Assembly (NCBI GenBank): GCA_951406725.2
Contig: OX597818.1
Location: 107,818,001 to 107,882,000 of the forward strand
Direction: 5' to 3'
Length of the DNA: 64,000 nucleotides
DNA from: Octopus vulgaris
Taxonomy: Eukaryota
Shown here: positions 52,929-64,000 of the stretch, piece by piece
Position numbering within the stretch: the stretch's first letter is position 1
How the letters are laid out: every line of letters begins with the position of its first letter
Translations under genes and position numbers: made by a program
The notes under the pieces: model-generated
Database searches by the model: none
Told to the model about the DNA's origin: nothing
The model's input: the letters and a program-made list of their open reading frames with translations, nothing else

Positions 52929-53677
52929 CTTAGCTTTTTGCTGGATATTGAAAAGCAGAGGGACAGACATAGATGTCTTACTATTGAGAAGATACATTGC
53001 TACCACACACATTACAAAGGGATGGATAAGGGGAGAAGTAGTAGAGAAGGAGGCAAAAGAAGCTGGGGAAGGGGTGGCAGAACAAAGTCACAAGAGACAA
53101 GGAGGTGAGCATAAGAGAGAATATGGACAGTGGGTCACAGGATGGGAAGGGAGGCAGGGGAAATTCATAAGAGTGTGAGGGCAGAGTACATCATTATTAT
53201 TATCATCATCATCATCATCATCATTCAACATCCATTTTCCATGTTGGTATGAGTTGAATGGCTTGAGAGGAGCTGATAAGGCCAGGGGCTGCACCAGGTT
53301 CCATGGTCTGTTTGGGGATGGTTTCTACAGCTGGACGAGGCCCTTCCTAATGCCAACCACTTTAGAGAGTGGCCCTGGGGGCCTTCTGTGTGGCACTGGC
53401 ACAGGTGCTTTTTACATTCAGTTAAATTTTAAAACAGTGTTTTGTTTTGCAAGTCCATGCAAGTACCATTCCAGTCAGTAATGCTAGGGAAATGAAATCA
53501 TTAACCATCAAATATTTCCATCCTCAACGTCAACATCATCGTTCACAACAGCTTCCTCCACTGTCCATCACAATACCAATAACTTGTACACACACACACA
53601 CACACACAAACCCATGCACACAAATACACACAGAAACACTCACACATAAACACACAAACACACACACACACATACAT

Positions 53678-53710
<33 letters not shown>

Positions 53711-53749
53711 CACACACACACAAAGATACACACACACAAACACGCACAA

Positions 53750-53787
<38 letters not shown>

Positions 53788-54546
53788 ACCGACTCTTACC
53801 ACCAACCTAACACCACTAATAATTTCAGCATTAATCTACAATACCGATATAGAGAAGTTGATAATTCTTTAGATGTGTCCTTATATTTCATGTGATATCA
53901 CATTAATATCCCATGTTTGAGCACAAACTAGTTGAATGTCAATAACTAAACAGATGACGGTATATACATCTGCATCTAGATTCTCTTATCATTAATCATA
54001 TAACAGTAAGATGAGATTCACAGCCAAGAATCATAAACTTCTGGTTCCTTTCATTTCATTTTTAACCTGTTCTTCTTTTCTCCTATGTTTTTCTTTATCA
54101 GCTCCATTTTTTTAGCTTCTTTGTAAGTTAATTATTCTAAGCATGAGTCTCTATATCTTAGGATTTATTCATTAAATAAGGCAAAAAGTTACGTTGTAAG
54201 AAAGTAGCTGAAAGCTAGAAATGATGCTGGTTGTTGCAGGGAGGGAGGTGATACCTTGGAACACTTGACATTACAGAATATAGGATGTCATTTGAAGAAA
54301 CATGGTAAAGTGGTCTACTGCAGACCCAGTTACTCTTTGTTGTCATGGAATCTGAGATTCCATTACAAAGATTCTATGGGTCTACAGTGGATAAACACAC
54401 ACACATATGAACATGTGCCTATGGGTCCCCTATCTCTCTCCTGCTCTCTCTCTCCCACTCTCTCTCTCTCCCACGCTCTCTCTCTCTCTGTATATAAATA
54501 TGTATATTATGAGGTTGTAATAAGATTGCATATGTGTGTGTATGTA

Positions 54547-54582
<36 letters not shown>

Positions 54583-54627
54583 CGCATTTATGTACAGTTA
54601 TACCTGTTGCATTGTATATGTATATCA

Positions 54628-54673
<46 letters not shown>

Positions 54674-54835
54674 ATATATATATATATATACATACATATA
54701 CATATATATATCTTTTTTGTATCATCTAACAGTCTGGTTGTATTGTTGTCACCTATTACATTCTTGGTCCATTTAATTTATTTTTATATACATATAGCAG
54801 CATATGTACACCTTTGGTCTCCTATATACATATAC

Positions 54836-54890
<55 letters not shown>

Positions 54891-55719
54891 AAGTTAATCC
54901 AAGCATGAAAACACAAAGAGAAAACACAACAACAGATGGACGTGGAACATGTATAGTATTATTGGGCGCTCAGGAAAGGAAAGAAAGAAGGTGGATATAT
55001 ATATATATATATATAAATGTGTGTATGTATATATTTTAATAAGTAGGTTACACCTGAGGCAGAGGCAGTATGTTCATGTAGGAGTAACACAACATGTCCA
55101 CTGAACGGCCACTGTAACACAGAGACTGTCAAATATGAGGCAGAGCTGTCCATAAGGCTTTGGCTTTGTGGATACGAAACCTTTGGTAACTATATGACCC
55201 AAATTAAAATTTTTGTTGTAATACACATACACATGCACACATATACAGAGAGAGAGAAAGAGAGAGAGAGAGATAAAAAATGGACAAATACATACATATG
55301 GTATTATATATTTTATATTGTTTACAAAAGATGTTATATAAACATAACCATAAACATAACTACAAAAACGAAAATACTCCTAGATACTTCTTTACAGCTG
55401 TTTCAAAAGTTCAGCAACTGGTTGATGCTGTAATGAGTATTACACAAAGAGGCATGCGCACTGAAGAAGTTATACTCATCAAACAAGTAGAAAACAATAT
55501 TACGAACTGATATGATATTTGCTTAAATGTAAGCCCTAGGCTTTGCAGGAAGGAGTGGCAAAATGGCATCCATCTACATCTAATACATTTAACGACAATA
55601 ATAACATTAATAGTATTGATAATATTACTGATAATACTGTGATGAATTGGAATACTAATAAAACACTATTTCTAATGGTTGTTTAACATGTGATATGAAA
55701 AATTGTAATGATTGAATAC

Positions 55720-56108
55720 CCAGTAATTGTCCTCAGGGCCCTTGGGTCGGTCATTGCTTACAATATAATGTAATTTACAGATGCACTCTTTATAGTAAGC
55801 ACCAAACTTTGACCGAAATATACATTGGATCTTCCAGTGATGTCATAAGACAATACTCAGCTCATGTGTGCTCCTTTGCTAATATTAAGGACAAAATCAT
55901 CCACTGCATTAGCAAATTCTATCCATTACCTTAGGGCTGAGAATTTTTCCTATGAGATTACATGGTTTGTTTGGGGGGCTGGATGACCTTACTAAGGTGG
56001 TTGCACAACATGCAATTCATGTTTTAGGGAACCTCTGGAAAAATTATAGGTAAATCAGAATAATCTCTTTAGCAGACGTCAGGATGCAATTACCTTCTAT
56101 AGACATCA
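55720..56108 (+). mobile_element. Penelope-like GIY-YIG endonuclease relic
   Basis: CPQG..GHCLQYNVIYRC...EIYIGSS...R..AH..SF...STAL...ITW...PY..GC..C..C..E; VIY-YIG signature; one frameshift and stops. Confidence 0.8.
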
Positions 56109-56118
56109 TATTTTCAAA

Positions 56119-56586
56119 GTGGCTGATGCCAGTACTGCCTGACTGGCACCTGTGCCAGTGGCACATAAAAAGCATCATTTAACCATGGCCAATGCCAGTT
56201 CCACTAGACTGGCCCCCATGCCAGTGACATGTGGAATGCACAATATAAACGTTATCAATGCCAGTGCTGCCTGACTGGTCCCATGCTGGTAGCATATAAA
56301 AAGCACCATTTGAACATGGTTGTTGCCAATTCTACCTGACTGGCTCCCATGCTGGTGGCATGTAAAAAGCACCATTCACGTGTAGTCGATGCTAGTACTG
56401 CCTGGCTGGCCCTCGTGTCAGTGGCACATAAAAAGCACCCACTACACTCTCAGAGTGGCTGGAGTTAGGAAGGGAATCCAGCTGTAGGAACATTGCCAGA
56501 TCAGATTGGAGCCTGGTGCAGCCTTCAGGCTTGCCAGTCCTCAATCAAACCGTCCAACCCATGCCAGCATGGAAAGCGGATGTAAA

Positions 56587-56625
<39 letters not shown>

Positions 56626-56632
56626 GTGATGA
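56119..56632 (+). mobile_element. Family C repeat with five ~65-bp tandem units
   Basis: Units gccagt..ctgactgg..gca.ataaaaagcacc repeat over 56119-56440, then the conserved tail; the tail recurs at 56835-56920. Confidence 0.88.
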
Positions 56633-57959
56633 TTTACTTTTTAGCATAGATCAATATTCTTCAATCACATAAGTTAGCTATTACCTATAGTTTATCTTAA
56701 TATTCTTATCTTAGCTTCTTCTACATAAACCCTTCTTTATCTGTTTTACTTATAACCTTGGCCTAATTAAAGTTATAGCATCCCTTTATCCTTGTAATAT
56801 CTTAATCTTTAAATAGATGAATTATATTTATGATCAGCCTTCAGGCTCGCCAGCCCTCAGTCAAACCATCCAACCCATGCCAGCATGGAAAGCGAATGTT
56901 AAATGATGATGATGATGATGACCTAACTTCATAGTTTCCCTCCTCGCTCTACTTTCCCCGATCTTCTTTTTATTCTTTTTATATCCCTTCATTTTATTCT
57001 TCCTTTTCCATTACTTTTCATTCTTCCCTGTTTGACTTTTTTTTCTTTACACATTCACCCCACCTTCTGCCTTGTATAACCTTCATGCTTGCATGATTAT
57101 TCTGTATTTAGGCCACCAAAGAACCTTCTTCCATTCACTTAAAGACGAAGACTGAATTAGTTCTCTCTTTCATTCTTTTCCTTTTAATGAAATGAACTCT
57201 GTAAGATACTTTACATCTAATTCATCTTCCTCAATTTCTAATGTATGACCTTTCTCAACTAGTCTAATTCTATATGACAGTTTATAGCCCTTTCCGTTTC
57301 TTACTGGCCTTCCCTACTCTCTTTTTTTATTTTTCTTTATGCTATCTTTCCTCTCTACTTTCCTTTCGTTTGCTCTCCTGCTGTCATTTTCTGCGGACCT
57401 TATTGTTCTTGATCACACAATATTTTTTAATCCTACCCTTTCTACTATTCCATCACTACCTTTCTTCCATTTTTTATTGAGGCTTCCATACCCTTAAATA
57501 CTAGCCTGCAACAAGATGTGTCACATTCTGCTGCTCCGTTCTTTTGAAGGAAAAAATTCTGCACTTCAAAGCCTATGGCTTTAGATTTATAAAATTTTCA
57601 AGTTCTTTCTTCATAATTGTTTCATGTGTTTGATATGTGTTACTACTTCAGTAGACCCATTTGTAGCAGCCGGATGCTGATTCTTTGAAACAGTTGTAAA
57701 GATCTACCTAGGTGTAGTTTTGCTTCATTTGTTATGGTTATGCTTATATCTGATATATTTTGTAAACAACAATAATCATATAAAAACATTAATGAGGGCG
57801 GGTTGTCTCCCCTGAGCCAGAAGATTAAAAAAACCCTTATAGATCCAAAAAAGCCTAACCAAAAAAATGGGGAGATCCAATTTTCCAGTAGGTAGCACTT
57901 GAAGTAGATATATTTAAAGAAAACTTCTTCATAACTACTTAACGCGCCAAGTTTAGTAT

Positions 57960-58245
57960 GTTCCTTAAGAATTTTGTCTCTCTCTGCAATGCAGATTTTG
58001 CAACCAGCTACTCCCATTAATATGTGGGCCTGGATGATCTATTATTTTCCACCTGATATCACATGGGGTCCCTAGATCTTTGAGGTGCCACACATGGCTG
58101 GCTTTGAATGTGACAAACCATCTTTCTGGGACTCTGAAGGCTGACTGGTGGTTGCAGAAGTGACGTTTGAAATATGAACTGGCCAACCCAATATATTTAC
58201 AAACTTGGGATATCGTTATATTCGCATTCCTGATATATCTCTGAT
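57960..58245 (-). mobile_element. Penelope-like GIY-YIG endonuclease relic
   Basis: KYIGLASSYFKRHFCNHQSAF...HVWHLK...IRWKII...CKICIAE. Confidence 0.8.
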
Positions 58246-58599
58246 AGGCTCTGGGCCTGGGGATTCAGTTGGTAACATCGTTGCTGATGCAGTCGATATG
58301 GCACAATGATCTGGCAATGTTATCACCATGGTTACCCCTACAGGTCATATGGCTGGCGATGTTACTGCTAGTGTAGGTGTGGCTGGTGATAACATATAGT
58401 GCAGGGCCAGTCACCCATTGGTGTCAATGATAATTGTTTGGTCATCATTATCTGTGGTGGTGTTACTGAGAACAGTGGATACCTCCTCTTTGTTACTGGA
58501 CTTGGATTGGTCATCATCTCTAGGTGTAGCCATTGAACTGGTGGTAACATATAGTGGAGGGTTGATCATTTTCTCTGTATCTACTGGCACCTCTTGATG

Positions 58600-59425
58600 C
58601 AACTGTCCTCATTCATACACATTACATGGCCATACCAGCACAGTCTTCTCTCTTACACACTACACCTGATGCCACGTATACCCCGTTTTCCCCTCAAATC
58701 ACTTACAATCTGTCGTATATGCACACTGACATTACCCACCCAGTGAAGCACACTGGCTTCATTTCTTTCAAGCGTTTGCATATCCTCAGTATTCACAGCC
58801 CATGTCTCACTGCCATGCAGCATAGCTGTCCATACACAGGCATCATACAATCTGCCTTTCACTCTGAGAGAGAACTCCTTCATTACTAACAGACATACAA
58901 GCTCTCTGAAATTCGCCCAACCTGTTCTTATTCTATTTCTTTATTACCCACAAGGGGCTAAACACAGAGTGGACAAACAAGGACAGACATAGGTATTAAG
59001 TCGATTACATCGACCCCAGTGTGTAACTGGTACTTAATTTATCGACCCTGAAAGGATGAAAGGCAAAGTCGACCTCGGTGGAATTTGAACTCACAACGTA
59101 ACACAGATGAAATACTGCTAAGCATTTCGCCCGGCGTGCTAACGTTTCTGCCAGCTCGCCGCCTTATTCTAGCAGCTATGCTTTCATCACAACCACCCTC
59201 ACTTGGTCACCTAAGTATCAGAAACTGTCTGCTACTTCTAGTGATTTCCTACTTATCAATACATTGGTCTTTGCTAAATTAATTCTAAGGCCCTTTGATT
59301 CCAGAATTTGCTTCCTTACCTAAAATTTCTTCTTCAATTCTGGTAGTGATTCAGCAATAAGAACAAGGTCATCAACATAGAGGAGCTCCCAGGGGCAGCC
59401 AGTCTTAGATTCCTCAGTTATAGCC
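58600..59425 (-). mobile_element. RTE LINE RT fragment (same family as 18272-19085) split by a SINE
   Basis: PWELLYVDDLVL, GLRINLAKT, YLG, ARIRTGWANFREL (rejoined across the SINE), VKGRLYDAC, HGSETW. Confidence 0.88.
58936..59163 (-). mobile_element. Young SINE family B with TSD
   Basis: Full length and CpG-rich; TTATTCTA duplicated at 58928-35 and 59164-71. Confidence 0.92.
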
Positions 59426-59442
59426 TATATATAATTGTACAA

Positions 59443-59489
<47 letters not shown>

Positions 59490-59510
59490 ATGAGAGGTAG
59501 GTAGGTAGGT

Positions 59511-59702
<192 letters not shown>

Positions 59703-59986
59703 CATTAACTGAAAACTATTACCAACTTTAGACATTCATATATTGTGTTAGTTTAAATGTTTAAAATCTTAAACATGATTTATGTCTTGTACATTGTACG
59801 ATTTTGGTGCAGATGTTTACGTAGCTTCTGTAATGGAGAATCTTATTAACTTTCAAATTAATACATAGCTTGGGTATGTGGTAGATGGCTGCGAGCTTAG
59901 ATCATATGATAACATTCAGCTAATAACACTGAATATATTACTCATGTGTACATTTATTCCTCCATTTGCTGTGATGGCTCCTGTGA

Positions 59987-60034
<48 letters not shown>

Positions 60035-60092
60035 GCATGGAAAGCGGACATTAAACTATGATGATGATTATAATATACATATATACACACAA

Positions 60093-60138
<46 letters not shown>

Positions 60139-60272
60139 GTATATATATATGTATATATATATATATTATGTATTATATATTATATATATATATAAATATA
60201 TATATATCATATATATATATATATATATATATGTATACACACACACACATACACACACACACATAAATATAC

Positions 60273-60309
<37 letters not shown>

Positions 60310-60316
60310 CATATAC

Positions 60317-60347
<31 letters not shown>

Positions 60348-61289
60348 TATAGATACATACACACATGTAGAAGGTGCATCAGGAAACCCAGGAACAAAAC
60401 AGATGCAAGATTAATCTGAGTCACCAAAGCAGCGAAACAACATACTCCCAAAAAGTGGCAGGTACCTTCGGCACATGAGAAGGAACATGGCTATTCCAAA
60501 ACTCCTTCAGCCTCATTAGCTTCCCTAATGCAACAATGGAAGGGAGTTGCTGAATCAGGTAACCCCGGTGCATGTCTAACAAATCCTTGACTCCATAAAC
60601 ATCTGACCAATTCCCACTTTAGAAGCAGCAGTCCAGGTTATTTGAACAAAGACAGTTAATAGGCCAAATGTTGCAGTCACATGAGCATAAAAATTCTTAA
60701 CCAGATACTTTTGTGATACAAGAGTCATGTGAGAGAAAGAGAGAGAGGAAGAGAGAGAGAGGGAGAGGAGGGGAGAGAGCAGAGTGTTGGAAGATGCAGG
60801 GTCCTCTTGCCTCAAACACTTGAACAAAGATTTGACAATGACCAGCACCTCTGTGCAAGCATTGGCATTGACCAAGGAACCCTGTTAGAAGTAAGGTGGC
60901 ATGATATAGTCTGTATTATTGAGGACTAAGAGATGATAGAAACTTCATTTACATATTGTCAGCATTTCTGTGGGGTTCCATGCCAAGTCACATGTTGCAC
61001 CTCCCTTTGACCTCCTGGTTGAAATCCTTATCATTAGAAAAGCACCAAACCCTTTGACCAGACCATATGGTTTTCTTAGATCTTATGAGAGTTGAACAAT
61101 CCTTTCTTCCCATATTCATGATGACCTCATACTCCACACATATAATAGGGAACACCAGCCCCTCGAGCTATTTGGTAACAGCTCTTCACAATCCACTACT
61201 ATTGTCATTTATGATGTCCTAAATTTGTAACAAATGGCAGGGTAGATATCATTACCAAATAATTTTTTCATATTGAAGACAAAGGTCGA

Positions 61290-61845
61290 GGGGTGAAGGC
61301 TGAGGAACGAAGCTCAAATCTATGGGGAGTGGGAGAAACAGCAGAGTAAAGAAAGCTATCAAGGAATATGTTGTGAAAAATGGTATCAACCAGGTTATGA
61401 TTCCTTCTGAAGATGGTGTATTATGTGTCTCCATCTCTTACCAATATCAAATGATAGGGTTGAAGTAACTCTGCTCATTGTTAATGGTGTGGTACATGTT
61501 CTAGTAACAGACAAATCATCCTTTGTAAAGTATGTCTGCAGCACAACGAAATCTTTGGAACCCTTGCTGCTACACAAAAGCAACACTGAAGCAGAAACAA
61601 GACAAGGAGATTCAACAGCAAGTTGCATCCTCTGGTTTCCCATAAGGACGATTAGAAAGGACAATGGATGAGCAGAAACAGAAGAAATCACAGCCAGACT
61701 TCTGTATTGGAGAGTTTTGTTGAATTTAAAGAAAGTACTCGTGTTTGCAAGCCATATTGCAATAAGAAAAGAAGACAATGTGAGCTTACAGCAAAGTCTG
61801 ACTTGTAAGAAAGACCTGACGACTGAGTTGATGGTACCTTAAGGG
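61290..61845 (+). mobile_element. Possible degraded LINE ORF1 with PHD-finger remnant
   Basis: One frame: GICCEKWYQ..*RWCIMC ... KVL..A..I....CKKDLT, reminiscent of CR1/L2-type ORF1; only two stops over ~520 bp. Confidence 0.33.
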
Positions 61846-62007
61846 AGTAATATGAAGTGGGTGCATAAGAGAGCCTAAAAAATATGAAGGACTTAGGGTG
61901 GTAATGAGAAAATGCCACAAAGCACCGGCACAGGGATCAATACTATCAAAGGATGGCAAGTTCAACATAAGTGCGAATCAACAGCAAGTGGAAGGGTGTA
62001 GTGCAAG

Positions 62008-62218
62008 ATCATCATCATCATCATCATCATCATCATTGTTTAATGTCTGCTTTCCATGCTAGCATGGGTTGGACAGTGTGAATTAGGACTAGCAAGCCAG
62101 GAGGCTACACCAGACTCCAATCTGATCTGGCAAGGTTTCTAACACCAACCACACCGAGAGTGTAGTGGGTTCTTTTTACATGCCATCAGCACAGGAACCT
62201 GTCAAGCAACACTGGCAT
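62008..62218 (-). mobile_element. Family C repeat
   Basis: Conserved tail with an internal deletion. Confidence 0.8.
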
Positions 62219-62220
62219 GT

Positions 62221-62274
<54 letters not shown>

Positions 62275-62627
62275 TATATTATATTATATTATATTATATT
62301 ATATATATATATATATATTATATTATATATATATATTATATTATATTATATTATATATATATATATTATATTATATATATATTATATTATATTATATATA
62401 TATTTTATTATATTATATATATTATATTATATTATATATATATTATATTATATTATATTATATATTATATTATATTATATTATATTATATTATATATTTC
62501 TTATTCTTATATACTATCTGTTTGTTATTCTGAGTTGTTATGAAAAGGTGTTTTGGAGAAATTTTTATAGCTTAAATATATTTACATACATATGTGTGTG
62601 TAAATATATATATATATATATACATAC

Positions 62628-62704
<77 letters not shown>

Positions 62705-64000
62705 CCATCATCATCATCATCATCATCACATATATATATATTATATGTGTAAATAAAAAGAAAAAGAAGGAAAACCATATTCCTCTGAATATAATATATA
62801 CTTCTGAACTACTGTAACGTGTATCTAAAGTTCATTTATTATAGCGAACAACGTTAAAGTTGTGTTAATGCCATTTAGCTGAAGTAGTAGAAATATGGAG
62901 ACCATTTTAATTTAATGTATTACCACTGGTCTAGATGAAAAATGGCATAAGCAGGTGCAAGCAGAATGTAGAAATAAAGGTGAGTAGATAATATATTGCC
63001 ATAGGAACTTTTGAATAATTAATAGATCTGAGTTATGATATTGCTAATATGATGTAGGTAGAATAAAAGACGAAAATAATAACTCTTAGTTGGCTTGAGT
63101 TGACTAAAGTTTACCAACATAAAGATATATGTGAGCGTGTGTGTATGTATATATACACATACACACACACATACGTGCACACACATATAAGTATAATTAT
63201 AAACATCACCGAATAAAGGATTCCTAAACAGAACTGTATTCTTATTTCTAAGAATTGATTGTAACTTCAGAGTTTCACTGAGACAGGTTTTCTGAGGAGT
63301 TTGAAATTTTGAAAGTCATTGGTATTCTATGTATGTATGTATGTGCAACCATAGATAGATAGATAAATAGATAGAGAGACACACAGACAGACAAATAGAT
63401 AGATAGATAGATATTTATACATACTTACATATATACATAGATACACACATATGTGAATGTATGTGTTATTCATTTTTAAATACGGACAACAATATTCATA
63501 CTCCTACACACAGTTAATTTTGCATCAGAAATCATAACCCCACCCACTAAATGTTTAATACCAATATTCTTGATAAACACCAACCAATCACATTCAAGTG
63601 TTCCTCCCTGGAACCAGCCTACTGCTTCTTACTCATCTTGGCTTCTTGAAATTCTCTAGCTCTATCTAAATAGACATTTAATGAGTGGTATTCTTCATAT
63701 AGGTTCATCTAATCACAAACACATTAACTCTTTCTCTTAATAAAAACTGTGTGTGAAAGTTCAAACTTGCCTTTCTTCTCTGAACCTAAGAACTGTAATA
63801 TTCTAATTGCTTTCCTTTTCTAATTAGAAGATCTCAACAAATAAATTGGTCTACAGATTTTCCACTGATGAAATAGCTTACCTTAAATTATATACTTTTA
63901 TGATATTAAGTGATCGGCTGATTTGATTTGATTCTTTTTAATAGAGGAAGATCTGGTCTCCAACGGAGACACAAAACTTCTTCATTAGAATTTAGACTGT

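Noticed and set aside
56119-56440. Regularly spaced repeats resembling a CRISPR array
   Set aside because: Whole units are homologous with no unique spacers, there are no cas genes, and the context is a eukaryotic retroposon
60370-61200. Complex unique-looking sequence with short ORFs
   Set aside because: Probably decayed TE, but there is no motif I can name; left unannotated

Overview
AT-rich, microsatellite-saturated eukaryotic DNA. Its repeat families match ones I recognise from octopus (coleoid cephalopod) genomes; this is an inference and no search was run. No intact protein-coding gene is supportable, and nearly all ORFs in the track are microsatellite translations. The window is a transposon graveyard: a nest of four R4/Dong-like RLE retrotransposon 3' ends in (TAA)n arrays (5.6-9.2 kb), RTE LINE fragments, several Penelope-like (PLE) RT and GIY-YIG relics, an internally deleted mariner, two non-autonomous Helitrons, piggyBac- and hAT-type MITEs with TSDs, and dozens of tRNA-derived SINE copies. 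The most interesting signal is a set of short non-coding repeats carrying hammerhead-ribozyme (HHR) cores. These comprise a head-to-head palindromic tRNA-headed SINE with a minimal HHR (42.8-43.3 kb), a CpG-decayed minimal HHR (25.4 kb), and two inserts with HHR core motifs in permuted, type-II-like order (23.2 and 38.4 kb). Weak splice-signal evidence hints at a minus-strand host transcript, with the best candidate exon ending at 29127.
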